A stretch of 54,609 bases of DNA from contig DYJV01000007.1 in assembly GCA_020722945.1 (NCBI GenBank), forward strand, positions 1 through 54,609, written 5' to 3'. The notes beneath the pieces are model-generated. The model saw only the letters and a list, made by a program, of their open reading frames with translations. It had not been told where the DNA came from and did not search any database. The translations under genes and the position numbers were made by a program. Origin of the DNA: Candidatus Methylomirabilis sp. (lineage in GTDB: Bacteria > DYJV01). Below are positions 28,360-42,194 of the stretch, one piece after another. Numbering within the stretch: the first letter of the stretch is position 1; every line of letters starts with the position of its first letter.

Positions 28360-30417
28360 ATGAATAAAATAGAAGTAAGTAGAGAGATATTAGGTAAAAG
28401 GTATGTGTTTGAGACAGGAGAGTTAGCAAAGCAGGCAAATGGGTCTATCCTTGCAAGGTGTGGAGATACAGCTGTTCTTATAACGGCTGTTTGTGATGAA
28501 GTAGGGAGAGAGAATATAGATTTCTTCCCACTTACTGTTAATTATGTTGAGAAAACTTTTGCAGCCGGGAAAATCCCCGGTGGTTTTATAAAAAGAGAGG
28601 GTAAATTTTCGGAACATGAAGTTTTGCTTTCAAGATTAATAGATAGAGCTATAAGGCCAAGATTTCCAGAGGGTTTTAAAAACGAAACACAGATAATGGC
28701 TACTGTTTTTTCACTCGAAAATATCAACAAACCTGATATTCTTGCTCTAAATGGAGCATCTCTTGCTTTATCAATATCTAATATCCCTTTTGGTGAACCT
28801 ATTGGTGCTGTAAGGGTAATTTTAGTTAATGATAAATTCATTATTAATCCCTCTTTTGAAGAGGAGCAGAGTGCTGCTATCAATTTATTTGTTGCTGGAA
28901 GTGATAATGCACTTGTTATGGTTGAGGGAGAATCTAAAGAAGCTACAGAATCACAAATTATAGAAGCTCTAAAACTTGCACACGATAGTATAAGAGATTT
29001 TATCAAACTACAAAAAGAGCTTATTGCCCAGATTAATCCTCAAAAAATTTCTTTTGAGCCATCAAAATTTGATGAAGATCTAAAAAGTAAAATAAGGGAG
29101 CAGTTCCTTTCAGAAATTGATAAAAGTATTTTTATATCAAAGAAGCTTGAACGAAGAAGCTCTCTGAAAAGTCTTAAATCTCTTATCCAACAATCTTATC
29201 CTGATTCTGATATTGCAGCTATATTTGAAGAAATTGTTGATGAAAGAGTCAGAGAATTTATCGTAAAAGATAAAAAAAGAATAGATGGACGTAACCCTGA
29301 AAACATAAGAGATATAAATTGCCAGATATCTCTTTTTAATAGAGTTCACGGATCAGGGCTATTTACAAGAGGAGAAACTCAGGCTTTTGTTACTGCTACA
29401 CTTGGAACAGGGGAGGATGAGCAGTTTGTAGATTCGCTTAATGGTGAAGCATACAAAAGATTTATGCTTCATTACAATTTTCCACCTTTCTCTGTAGGAG
29501 AGGTAGGAGCACTTAGAGCACCTGGTAGACGTGAAATAGGTCACGGAAATCTTGCAGAAAGAGCAATTAATGCGGTGTTACCATCTGCGGAAGAATTTCC
29601 ATACACTATAAGAATTGTTTCAGAAGTTCTTGAATCAAATGGTTCATCCTCTATGGCTACTGTTTGTGGGGGGACGTTAGCGCTTATGGATGCAGGAGTT
29701 CCTATTAGTAGCCCTGTTGCAGGTATTGCAATGGGTCTAATTGTCGAAGGTGACAAATATGTTGTCCTTTCTGATATATTAGGAGATGAGGATCACCTTG
29801 GTGATATGGATTTTAAAGTTGCAGGGACATCCAAAGGTGTTACTGCAATACAGATGGATATTAAAATATCTGAGCTTACTTTTGAAATAATAGAAAAAGC
29901 TCTTGCACAAGCAAGGGAAGGAAGACTTTATATATTAGGCAAAATGGCAGAAACGATATCCTCTCCCAAAACAGAGTTATCACAATATGCCCCAAGGTTT
30001 GCAACTTTCTCTGTGAATCCTGATAAGATAAGGGATATTATAGGTCCTTCTGGCAAAAATATAAAAGCTATAATTGAGATTACAGGAGCTAAAATAGACA
30101 TTGAAGATAATGGTTATGTAAAAATATTTGCAGCTAATGCAGAGAAGCTTGAGCAGACAAAAAATATCATTCTTAATATAGTAAAAGAGTATAAAGAGGG
30201 TGATGTATGCAAAGGAAAAGTTGTAAAGATATTAGATTTTGGTGCTATTGTTGAATTTGGTCCCAATTCATCAGGATTACTTCATATTTCAGAGATAGAT
30301 AATCAAAGAACAAATAAAGTTACAGATATCATTAATATTGGTGATGAAGTTGAAGTCAAAATAATAAAAGTAGAAAGAGATGGTAAGCTAAAATTAAGTA
30401 GAAAAGCTTTACTTTGA
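28360..30417 (+). CDS. pnp: Polynucleotide phosphorylase
   Basis: 685 aa. Two RNase PH domains, then KH and S1 domains, with typical motifs throughout. Confidence 0.95.
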   Translation: MNKIEVSREILGKRYVFETGELAKQANGSILARCGDTAVLITAVCDEVGRENIDFFPLTVNYVEKTFAAGKIPGGFIKREGKFSEHEVLLSRLIDRAIRPRFPEGFKNETQIMATVFSLENINKPDILALNGASLALSISNIPFGEPIGAVRVILVNDKFIINPSFEEEQSAAINLFVAGSDNALVMVEGESKEATESQIIEALKLAHDSIRDFIKLQKELIAQINPQKISFEPSKFDEDLKSKIREQFLSEIDKSIFISKKLERRSSLKSLKSLIQQSYPDSDIAAIFEEIVDERVREFIVKDKKRIDGRNPENIRDINCQISLFNRVHGSGLFTRGETQAFVTATLGTGEDEQFVDSLNGEAYKRFMLHYNFPPFSVGEVGALRAPGRREIGHGNLAERAINAVLPSAEEFPYTIRIVSEVLESNGSSSMATVCGGTLALMDAGVPISSPVAGIAMGLIVEGDKYVVLSDILGDEDHLGDMDFKVAGTSKGVTAIQMDIKISELTFEIIEKALAQAREGRLYILGKMAETISSPKTELSQYAPRFATFSVNPDKIRDIIGPSGKNIKAIIEITGAKIDIEDNGYVKIFAANAEKLEQTKNIILNIVKEYKEGDVCKGKVVKILDFGAIVEFGPNSSGLLHISEIDNQRTNKVTDIINIGDEVEVKIIKVERDGKLKLSRKALL

Positions 30418-30508
30418 TTTTTAGCTGATTTTTATAAATAGATTGATTCTTTTACCCTCGAATTTTACATCAATTTCTTGTTAACAAATCTTCAAAAAGG
30501 GGATTAAA

Positions 30509-31417
30509 ATGAAAATTTTTTTTAAAAATCTTATAATTTTCCTTTTATTTATCTCTTTTGTGGGTGGAGCTTTATTTTTAGGATACTACTACTCTCCTGA
30601 GGTAAAAGTTGGAGAGATAGGGATTTTATACAAAAATGGTGGTAATGAGCCAAATTTTACCCCCAAAGTTTTACAGCCGGGCAAATATTACTGTTTTATT
30701 ACAGTCTTTAATCCACTTATCCACAAAATTTACACTCTGAAATTATCTACCAAAAATTTTCATCTTAATTATAAAGCAGAACAGGGTATTAACCTTGACA
30801 TATCTCTACTTTACTCTATTGATCAAGATAAAATTTTAAATTTTATAAAAAGAGCTGATGCAACTGAAGATTCCAAAATAATCGAGATTTATCTCTCTAC
30901 TTCTTTGAGAGAGTATTTTTCAAATTTGAAGATAAATGATTTTTTTGCAAATGATTTCATCCACAAATTCAACTCCTATATCCCTGATAAAATCAACAAA
31001 GATATATCATATTTTGGTCTTAAAATATCAAAAATTGATATTACAAAATTTGATATATCTGAAGATGCAAAAAAGATTTATGAAGCGATAAAGCAAAATG
31101 ATAAAGATATTGCTATGCTTGCTCTTGAATCGGAAAAGAAATTAAATGAAACCAAACTTACAAATAAAGTAAAAGAGGAAGAGTTGAAATTTTTGCTTTA
31201 TAAAGCTGAATCAGAGAAAGCTATAGTGATGCAGCAGATAGAATCTCAGAAACTTTTGAGAGAAGAGAGCCGCAAAAGAATGGAGCAGGATGTAGAGATT
31301 CTTAGTAAGCAAGGTGGAGCATTAGCTGCAAAGCTTGAAGCAATAAGAATTTTAGCCAACTCGCCTTCTAAAGCAGAGGGTATCTTGAAAAAAATGGATG
31401 ATGTTTTTAATCGTTAA
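30509..31417 (+). CDS. SPFH/band-7 (HflK/HflC-like) membrane protein
   Basis: N-terminal TM helix, then VKVGEIGILYKNGG...LQPGKYY..., which resembles the start of an SPFH domain, then a coiled-coil C-terminus. A DUF2065 (yjeT-like) gene follows, as in hflKC-yjeT loci. Confidence 0.5.
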   Translation: MKIFFKNLIIFLLFISFVGGALFLGYYYSPEVKVGEIGILYKNGGNEPNFTPKVLQPGKYYCFITVFNPLIHKIYTLKLSTKNFHLNYKAEQGINLDISLLYSIDQDKILNFIKRADATEDSKIIEIYLSTSLREYFSNLKINDFFANDFIHKFNSYIPDKINKDISYFGLKISKIDITKFDISEDAKKIYEAIKQNDKDIAMLALESEKKLNETKLTNKVKEEELKFLLYKAESEKAIVMQQIESQKLLREESRKRMEQDVEILSKQGGALAAKLEAIRILANSPSKAEGILKKMDDVFNR

Positions 31418-31600
31418 ATGAAATATTTTCTTTCTGTTATTGCTATGGTAATGATAATAGAAGGGTTACCCTACTTCTTATCCCCCGCCAAAATGCGTGA
31501 ATTTGTCAAAATCATTTCAGAACTCGATAGTAAAATTCTCAGAACTATTGGTTTGACACTTATTTTATTTGGATTATTTATACTTTATCTGATCAGGTAA
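31418..31600 (+). CDS. DUF2065 (YjeT-like) small membrane protein
   Basis: 60 aa with two TM helices. MKYFLSVIAMVMIIEGLPYFLSPAKMREF matches the DUF2065 pattern. Confidence 0.6.
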   Translation: MKYFLSVIAMVMIIEGLPYFLSPAKMREFVKIISELDSKILRTIGLTLILFGLFILYLIR

Positions 31601-32625
31601 TGAAATTATCCTCTTTTGATTACTACCTTCCAGAGTATCTTATTGCCAAATACCCTTGTCAAAAGAGGGATGAATCAAATTTACTGATTTTAAAAAGCAA
31701 AACTGGACTCATTACTACAACAAAATTTAAAAATATAGTTAATTATCTATCTAAAGATGATCTTATTGTAGCCAATGATGTCAAAGTTATTCCTGCAAGG
31801 ATTTTTGGAAATAGAGAGAGTGGTGGGAAAGTAGAACTTCTTCTTACTGAGAAAGAGGATCAATTTAAATGGAAAGCGTTAATCAGAAGCTCTAAAAGAT
31901 TAAAAATCACAAATAAAATTTTTTTTAAAGATTTTACTTGTGATATTTTAGATTTTAAAGAGCAGTTATTTACTGTAAAATTTTCAAGAGAACTTGATTA
32001 TCATGATCTTTTTAATATAGATAGTCATATGCCTATTCCACCTTATTTGAAAAGGGGAGATGAAGAGATTGATAAATCTGCCTATCAAACAATATATTCA
32101 AATGATTTAAAACTTGGTGCAATTGCAGCTCCAACAGCAGGTCTTCATTTTACCAAAGATACTTTTGATACGATTAAAGGTAAAGGTGTGGAAATATGTT
32201 TTGTTACCCTTTATATTGGAATTGGAACATTTAATCCCGTTCGAGAAGAAGATATAAATAAGCATAAAATACATAAAGAGTTTTATGAAATCTCTGAAAA
32301 GACAGAAAAAATAATAAATTCTGCTATAAAGAGTGGTAAAAATATTATTGCTGTCGGGACTACAAGCACAAGAGCATTAGAAGATAACTTTAAAAAGTTT
32401 GGATGTATCAGAGCTGGAAGATTTGAAGCTGATATTTTTATTTATCCTGGTAAAACTTTTAATGTAATAAATAAATTGGTTACTAATTTTCATCTTCCCA
32501 AATCTACTCTCCTAATGCTTGTTTCTGCTTTTGGGGGCATTGATAATATTAGAAATTGTTATAATCTTGCCATAACTAAAAAATTCAGATTTTTTAGTTA
32601 TGGCGATGCTATGTTTATAGAGTAA
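31600..32625 (+). CDS. queA: S-adenosylmethionine:tRNA ribosyltransferase-isomerase
   Basis: 341 aa. FDYYLPEYLIAKYP is the canonical QueA N-terminus. Confidence 0.9.
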   Translation: MKLSSFDYYLPEYLIAKYPCQKRDESNLLILKSKTGLITTTKFKNIVNYLSKDDLIVANDVKVIPARIFGNRESGGKVELLLTEKEDQFKWKALIRSSKRLKITNKIFFKDFTCDILDFKEQLFTVKFSRELDYHDLFNIDSHMPIPPYLKRGDEEIDKSAYQTIYSNDLKLGAIAAPTAGLHFTKDTFDTIKGKGVEICFVTLYIGIGTFNPVREEDINKHKIHKEFYEISEKTEKIINSAIKSGKNIIAVGTTSTRALEDNFKKFGCIRAGRFEADIFIYPGKTFNVINKLVTNFHLPKSTLLMLVSAFGGIDNIRNCYNLAITKKFRFFSYGDAMFIE

Positions 32626-32910
32626 TTTCTGCTCGGTTATCAAAATTCAACATAGAGATTTAACTCTACTATCTCTTCACCTACAGACTATTTTTGTGGG
32701 ATTACTTTGTTCCTTTTCCCCTTGTGCAATAACCAAACTCTGCTACTATGATACACATAAACCTATCTGCCGATAGGTGTGCAGGTAAGTTCAGGGTTAC
32801 AATTACTTTTGTATTCAAAAAGAATACCTCATAAATGTTATTCTGAAGTTTTCGGAATCCCTTATCTTTAGTTGTTGATCTTTTAGCCTACTTGTATCAC
32901 TTTAACCTTT

Positions 32911-34077
32911 CTATGTAGAGATAGAAGGTAAATTAATTTGTGCTTCAGTTATTGTAAAATTTTTACTTTTTATCCAGTCTTTTAAAATAGTTGCTATCTC
33001 TTTTGCCTTTTTGTAGCTTGATAAAGGTGATGTAGGGACTTTCCTTCCATTAAACTCTACACTCCCTGTTTTTAGCTCTGCGTATGTAAATTCTGCAAGC
33101 AGATTATCAATTTTGTTTGGATAATCATTTCCATAATCGTATAAACCTGCATAGATTTCTTCATCTGATACAGATGTATAAAGGGCAATCTCCTCATTTA
33201 AAATCGGGATTGGTATCCCAATACCAACTGAAAGGCTACAACCGTAGCCAAGTATACTTACTCCCTTTATCCATTTGGAGCTCATACTTTTCATATCCCC
33301 TGTTACTGCAATTGTCCCTGCTCCACCCTTGACCACACCATTTGCTGATCTTGGGACATCTGGATTATGTTGAGTCCCTTGCCAAGCAATTACACCTGTC
33401 CCCCCTCCGAGAAATATTTTTGTGCCTATCCCTATGGTTTTGTAAAATGGATCATTCAGGAGTGGTGAAAGTTGTCCTGCACTACAGTAATTAATATTCC
33501 CAGCTTTTGGTTTGAGGACACCCATATATGTATAAATTGTTTTGTTTGATAGATTTACAGCAACATTGTAATTCTGATAACAATTTCTTGGATTGTATAA
33601 AAAAGCATTTCTAAATTTATCTATGGTCAATATTGTTTCATAGTATCTTCTTGGATAACAATCTGTCCCATAACTCTCTGCAACAAGGTGAACTTCTTTG
33701 CCATCTATCAGCTCTTCAATAACATGCCCGCCACCATATTTAAATTCACCCGGGTAATTATTGTTTGCAGGGTCATTTCTTGATATTTGAGTTGCTCCTA
33801 TAAAAAAATCAACAGCAGCAATTCCACCATAGCATAATACATCATTTAGCCAAACAGTGCTTGCCTTTATTTTAGGTTTGGTATGACCAAAGTTTAAAAA
33901 AGCACCTGAAGAGCACATAGGAGCAAATGTCCCTGTAGTTACCACATCTACTTGTGAGGCGGCTTCAACAGCACCATTCTCTCTTACTATCTTTATCATC
34001 TCCTCTGCGTCTACAACAAAAGCTTCACCTCTTTTTATCTTTTCATTTATCTGTTGGACAGTTTTATTCACTTTCAC
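32911..34077 (-). CDS. DUF39 (COG1900) homocysteine-biosynthesis / sulfur-incorporation family protein
   Basis: 388 aa. A conserved Gly/Cys-rich pattern typical of DUF39 runs throughout. Confidence 0.65.
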   Translation of the reverse strand: MKVNKTVQQINEKIKRGEAFVVDAEEMIKIVRENGAVEAASQVDVVTTGTFAPMCSSGAFLNFGHTKPKIKASTVWLNDVLCYGGIAAVDFFIGATQISRNDPANNNYPGEFKYGGGHVIEELIDGKEVHLVAESYGTDCYPRRYYETILTIDKFRNAFLYNPRNCYQNYNVAVNLSNKTIYTYMGVLKPKAGNINYCSAGQLSPLLNDPFYKTIGIGTKIFLGGGTGVIAWQGTQHNPDVPRSANGVVKGGAGTIAVTGDMKSMSSKWIKGVSILGYGCSLSVGIGIPIPILNEEIALYTSVSDEEIYAGLYDYGNDYPNKIDNLLAEFTYAELKTGSVEFNGRKVPTSPLSSYKKAKEIATILKDWIKSKNFTITEAQINLPSIST

Positions 34078-34146
34078 TTACAAATCCTCCTGCTATTACT
34101 TTATTTGACAACTAAAAAAGATAAATCTATAAATTCATTAAAAAAA

Positions 34147-37789
<3,643 letters not shown>

Positions 37790-37895
37790 CTTTACCCCTT
37801 TTTATTTTCTGTTATAATTTTTATTACTTCTGCTTTAGATAAAAATGGTTTATTTAAACCTATTAAAAAAAGGAAATGTAATGTAAGAAGTAGAT

Positions 37896-39614
37896 CTACC
37901 AACCTCTCAATTTATAGTAATCTTTGAGCATATAATCGTAATCTTCATATTTTAAAGAATTCCCCTCAAAAGTTGGCTCAAAAAATTTTGAAGATGGGAT
38001 ATCATCATCCCTTGTCAACCCCTCCCTGATATTAAAAAATCTTGTAATATTGACTATATTTGAAGCTATTTTTTTTATTTGGTTTGTATCAAGCTGCAAC
38101 CCTGTCAGAGTATTAAAAATTTTTGTAAGATCTTCCCATCCATATATATCTCTAAAGAATCTGCAAAGTATCAATGAGTCAAAAAAAGCGAGTCTATCTT
38201 CATACTCGATAACAAGAGCAGCTTTACCCTCTATCTTCTCTGGTGGAATAATGCCTGATATTTCTGGTTTGTAGAATGTTGTCCTTAGATGACATGCACC
38301 TCTATCACTTGTCCCATAACTCAGAGCCATACCCTTGAAAATTCTTGGGTCGTAACCTGCAGGCTCAAGTCCTTTGACATACATTGCCGGGATCTTGTAT
38401 TTTTTCTCAAGATATTTGATCCCTTGTGAAAGTTCTTTGCCGATATCTTTTTTGAAAGCTATTTTTGTTAGTGTATCTGCAATCTTATCTGTATCACCCC
38501 AAGTGATTTGATAATCTATTTTACGATTTTCGACTAATTTTATTAGATATCCTATGATATTGCCTGATGTTATGGTGTCTATGCCAAGATTATCGCAAAT
38601 ATCATTAAGGTAAATTATCTCATCAAGTGATTTTACGAGACAAAGACCACCAAAGGCATAAATTGTCTCATATTCGGGACCCTCTATAGTTATCCCTTTA
38701 TATTTACCTTCACGGATAGATGTCAATTTACCACAAGCAATAAAACATCTCTTACAAGCTTTTGCCCTTGATTTAAATTTGGAGATCAATGTATCTGCAC
38801 TTATATCCTCCCAAAAATCACAGTAACCTTTTTCCCAGTATTGGGTTGGGAATGCATTAAATTTGTTGAGCAAGGCTACCATCATTGGTGTGCCAAATTT
38901 CTTGTAGTTGTTGACTGGTGGGGAGTCTTTAAATGTTGTAAAAATATTACTTGAGTAGGTATCTATTTCGGTTTGGTCAGGATAATTACGTTTATTATCA
39001 CCTGCAAATAAAATAGCTTTTATTCGCTTACTCCCTAATACAGCTCCAAGCCCACATCTTCCTGCACTTCTCCATTTGTCGTTCTCAACAACTGAAAATA
39101 GGACGCAATTTTCACCAGCGGGACCTATAGTCAGAGCTCTGGCTTTTATCCCAGCGTATTTATTTTGAAGAAACTCTTCTGTATAGTATGTCCCTTGATT
39201 GGCAAGCTCAGGACATTCAAAGATTTCTACTTTGTTATTATTGATGAGAATATATGAAAGTTTTTCTGATTTACCGGTCAAGATAATAGTATCAAAGCCG
39301 GTAAGAGATATATGTTCTGGAAGTTTACCACCAGAATAACTTTCGGCGTAGAAGTGAGTTAGTGGTGATTTTGCAAATAATCCATACCTTGAACTACCCC
39401 ATATTTTACTCCCTGTTACAACACCTGTAGCTATTATCAAAGGAGCATCTTCTGATAGTGGATCAAAATTGGGTGATGAATAATCGAGAAGATATTTTGT
39501 GGCAAGGCCTTTCCCCCCAGAATATTTAAGTAGGGTAGTATCATCAATGTCAAAAGAGCTTACAATCTTTGAAGTAAGATTGATAAGCATCCCCCTTTTA
39601 TAAAACCCCTCCAT
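37896..39614 (-). CDS. Aldehyde:ferredoxin oxidoreductase family protein (tungsten/molybdopterin, 4Fe-4S)
   Basis: 572 aa. AOR N-terminal domain pattern (LINLTS...GGKGLATKYL). A Cys cluster region ...CKRCFIACGK... is present. Confidence 0.75.
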   Translation of the reverse strand: MEGFYKRGMLINLTSKIVSSFDIDDTTLLKYSGGKGLATKYLLDYSSPNFDPLSEDAPLIIATGVVTGSKIWGSSRYGLFAKSPLTHFYAESYSGGKLPEHISLTGFDTIILTGKSEKLSYILINNNKVEIFECPELANQGTYYTEEFLQNKYAGIKARALTIGPAGENCVLFSVVENDKWRSAGRCGLGAVLGSKRIKAILFAGDNKRNYPDQTEIDTYSSNIFTTFKDSPPVNNYKKFGTPMMVALLNKFNAFPTQYWEKGYCDFWEDISADTLISKFKSRAKACKRCFIACGKLTSIREGKYKGITIEGPEYETIYAFGGLCLVKSLDEIIYLNDICDNLGIDTITSGNIIGYLIKLVENRKIDYQITWGDTDKIADTLTKIAFKKDIGKELSQGIKYLEKKYKIPAMYVKGLEPAGYDPRIFKGMALSYGTSDRGACHLRTTFYKPEISGIIPPEKIEGKAALVIEYEDRLAFFDSLILCRFFRDIYGWEDLTKIFNTLTGLQLDTNQIKKIASNIVNITRFFNIREGLTRDDDIPSSKFFEPTFEGNSLKYEDYDYMLKDYYKLRGW

Positions 39615-39744
39615 CTTTCCCCCCCCTTTTTGATTTTTTTTATCAAAAAAATTATATTAAGTAAAGAGGATTAAAGTATTGACTTTTTTTTTATTAACTA
39701 ATATCTTTAAATATCTTTAATAAAAATAATTAAAGGAGGCAACA

Positions 39745-40023
39745 ATGGCTGTTAATTATCCTCAGATAGGGAACAAAGTAATTGCAAAGATAATTGAAAC
39801 AAAGGGTAAATGCACTATCGGAATGAAAGTTGGTGATGAGTTTGAGTTGAGTCTTCACAAGTGTGGAAATTTTTGTGGTTTATTTTACCATAATATTTTT
39901 CAATGGGTCACTTTACTCCAATTAAATGGAACATTCCCTATTGGAGAAAATCCTGATGTAATGGTTTGGGAGTGTCCAAATTCTATGAATAGAGTAAAAG
40001 TTGAGCTGAAAAGGATTAAATAG
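39745..40023 (+). CDS. TIGR04076-family small Cys-containing protein
   Basis: 92 aa. RBS aaaggagg. Pattern ...GKC..G.KVGDEF...CG.FC...Y........G.FP.......WECP...N.V..E..RI with four Cys. Confidence 0.55.
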   Translation: MAVNYPQIGNKVIAKIIETKGKCTIGMKVGDEFELSLHKCGNFCGLFYHNIFQWVTLLQLNGTFPIGENPDVMVWECPNSMNRVKVELKRIK

Positions 40024-40055
40024 TTTTTACTGATTGAGTTTATCTCTTTTATAAG

Positions 40056-40077
40056 GACGGGCTTACCCGTCTTTTTT
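40056..40077 (+). terminator. Rho-independent terminator ggacgg-gctta-cccgtc plus TTTTTT
   Basis: 6-bp GC-rich stem, 4-nt loop and T6 run, 33 nt after the TIGR04076 stop codon. Confidence 0.6.
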
Positions 40078-40135
40078 ATTTACATTTCCAATATTCGGTG
40101 TTAGATAAATTTTTATTAATGCTTGGAGAGTTAAT

Positions 40136-41110
40136 GTGGGTAGTAGTATAAGAGTTGGTGTTGTAGGTCTTGGTTATTTAGGTTCTTTTCATCTTGAAAA
40201 ATACTTTAAATTAAACAATATCACTGTTACTGCTGTTTCAGATATAAATCAGAGTGCTTTAGATAAAGTAAGAGACAAGAGCATCTTTAAATCTTTAAAC
40301 TACAAAGATATTATTGATTATGTTGATGCTGTAAGTATTGTTTCAAATACAGATAATCATTATACAATTGCCAAATTCTTCCTTGAAAATGGTAAGGATA
40401 TTCTTGTTGAAAAACCTATTACCTCTACTGTTGAGCAAGCAGATGAGCTTATAAAGATAGCAGAGGATAAAGCACTTATTTTACAGGTTGGGCACCTTGA
40501 GAGGTTTAATCCTGCAATTGTAGCTTTTCAAGAGTATGTTAAAAAGCCTATGTTTATAGAGAGCATACGCATATCTCCATTCTTTGGGAGAAGCACAGAT
40601 ATTGATGTTGTGAGAGATCTTATGATTCACGATATTGATATTATTCTCTCGATTGTAAAAAGTAAAGTCAAGAGTGTTCATGGTGTTGGAGGGTCTATAC
40701 TTACAGACAAAATTGATATTGCAAATGCAAGGATTGTTTTTGATTCAGGTTGTGTTGTAAATATTACATCAAGCAGAGTTTCTTTTAAAAAAGAGAGGAA
40801 GATCCGTATATTTCAGAGTGATTTGTATGCTTCAATAGATTATGATAAAAAAAATATCAAAATATATAGGTTAGATAAAAAGGGGAAAACTGTTATCAAA
40901 CCACTCGATTTTTTGTCGTGCTTCAAAATAAAAAAATTAAAATTGCCATCTGATGTTGACCAGCTTCAGCTTGAAATAGAATCATTTATTAATTCTGTAA
41001 TTACACGATCATCTCCTGCTGTATCAGGAGTTGATGCACGAAATGCACTTGAAGTTGCTTTAAAAATTTTATCAGATATCGAGGTAAATATCAATGATAC
41101 CATTTGTTGA
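40136..41110 (+). CDS. Gfo/Idh/MocA-family NAD-dependent oxidoreductase (GnnA-like UDP-GlcNAc 3-dehydrogenase candidate)
   Basis: 324 aa. The N-terminal Rossmann motif is IRVGVVGLGYLGSFH. It sits directly upstream of a DegT-type aminotransferase and lpxB. Confidence 0.65.
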   Translation: MGSSIRVGVVGLGYLGSFHLEKYFKLNNITVTAVSDINQSALDKVRDKSIFKSLNYKDIIDYVDAVSIVSNTDNHYTIAKFFLENGKDILVEKPITSTVEQADELIKIAEDKALILQVGHLERFNPAIVAFQEYVKKPMFIESIRISPFFGRSTDIDVVRDLMIHDIDIILSIVKSKVKSVHGVGGSILTDKIDIANARIVFDSGCVVNITSSRVSFKKERKIRIFQSDLYASIDYDKKNIKIYRLDKKGKTVIKPLDFLSCFKIKKLKLPSDVDQLQLEIESFINSVITRSSPAVSGVDARNALEVALKILSDIEVNINDTIC

Positions 41111-42194
41111 TGTAAGTAAAGAATTTGAGCTCTTAAAGAACGAAATTACATCTAAAATCAATAAAATCCTCTTCAGCGGGCAATTTATTCTTGGAGAGGA
41201 AGTTTCTACTTTTGAGGAGAGTATTTCCCATCTTTTTAAAACAAATTTTTCAATAGCTGTAAACAGTGGGACAGATGCATTACATTTTGCTCTTATTGCA
41301 AATAATATCCAAAAAGGTGATCAAGTAATCACAACCCCTTTATCTTTTATGGCTACTACCGAGGCAATACTTTATGCAGGTGCAGAGCCGGTTTTTGTGG
41401 ATATTGACAAAGATACGTTTAATATTGATGTCAACAAAGTAGAACAAGCTATTACAGAAAAGACAAAAGCCATCCTCCCTGTTCATCTTTATGGCAATCC
41501 CTGTAACCTTGATAAGCTTACAGAAATTTGCAACAAACATAATCTTATTATGATTGAAGATTGTGCACAAAGTTTTGGAACTAAGTATAAAGATCGGTAT
41601 GTTGGCACATTTGGAGATGTAGGCTGTTTTAGCTTTTATCCCACTAAAAATCTTGGTTGTTATGGCGATGGAGGTCTTATAATTACAAATAAAAAAGAGC
41701 ATTTCCATAAATTTCTACTATATAGAAATCATGGTTTAGTTGATGGTGAGCATAAGATAATAGGCTTTAATAGTAGATTAGACTCTATTCAGGCGGGTAT
41801 CTTAAATGTAAAACTCTCTTACCTAAACCAATTTATCGAAAAGCGAAGAAAGTTGGTTCATCTTTACAAAAATTACCTTTCAGATATTGAAGAGATATCT
41901 ATGCAGAAAGAGGAGGATGGAGCATTCCATAGTTACAACCTTATAACTTTTGTTGCTAAAAAGAGGGATGAACTTTTTTCCTATTTGAAAGATAAAGGGA
42001 TAAGCTGTGGAATATACTATAAAAAATCTATTCCTGAGCAGCCTTCTCTATCTTTTCTCTCTATCCCCAAAGATAGCTATTTTATTGCATCCAATATTGC
42101 AAAGCAGGTAATATCATTACCTCTTTATCCTACTCTGTCTGAAAGTAGTGTGAAAGATATTTCCCAAAAAATTAAGGAGTTTTATGCCAGCTAA
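41094..42194 (+). CDS. DegT/DnrJ/EryC1/StrS-family PLP aminotransferase (GnnB-like candidate)
   Basis: 366 aa with the DegT-family pattern. The gene overlaps the upstream dehydrogenase gene and lpxB downstream. Confidence 0.7.
   Translation: MIPFVDVSKEFELLKNEITSKINKILFSGQFILGEEVSTFEESISHLFKTNFSIAVNSGTDALHFALIANNIQKGDQVITTPLSFMATTEAILYAGAEPVFVDIDKDTFNIDVNKVEQAITEKTKAILPVHLYGNPCNLDKLTEICNKHNLIMIEDCAQSFGTKYKDRYVGTFGDVGCFSFYPTKNLGCYGDGGLIITNKKEHFHKFLLYRNHGLVDGEHKIIGFNSRLDSIQAGILNVKLSYLNQFIEKRRKLVHLYKNYLSDIEEISMQKEEDGAFHSYNLITFVAKKRDELFSYLKDKGISCGIYYKKSIPEQPSLSFLSIPKDSYFIASNIAKQVISLPLYPTLSESSVKDISQKIKEFYAS

Noticed and set aside
32626-32910. Tried to fit SRP RNA, tmRNA, 6S RNA, RNase P RNA or a tRNA into the long convergent intergenic gap
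   Set aside because: I saw no tmRNA-style GGGG...CCA termini, no SRP domain IV GGAA/AGCA loops, and no tRNA T-loop GTTCGAATC-type motif. Only short generic hairpins are present. It is left as an unassigned region.
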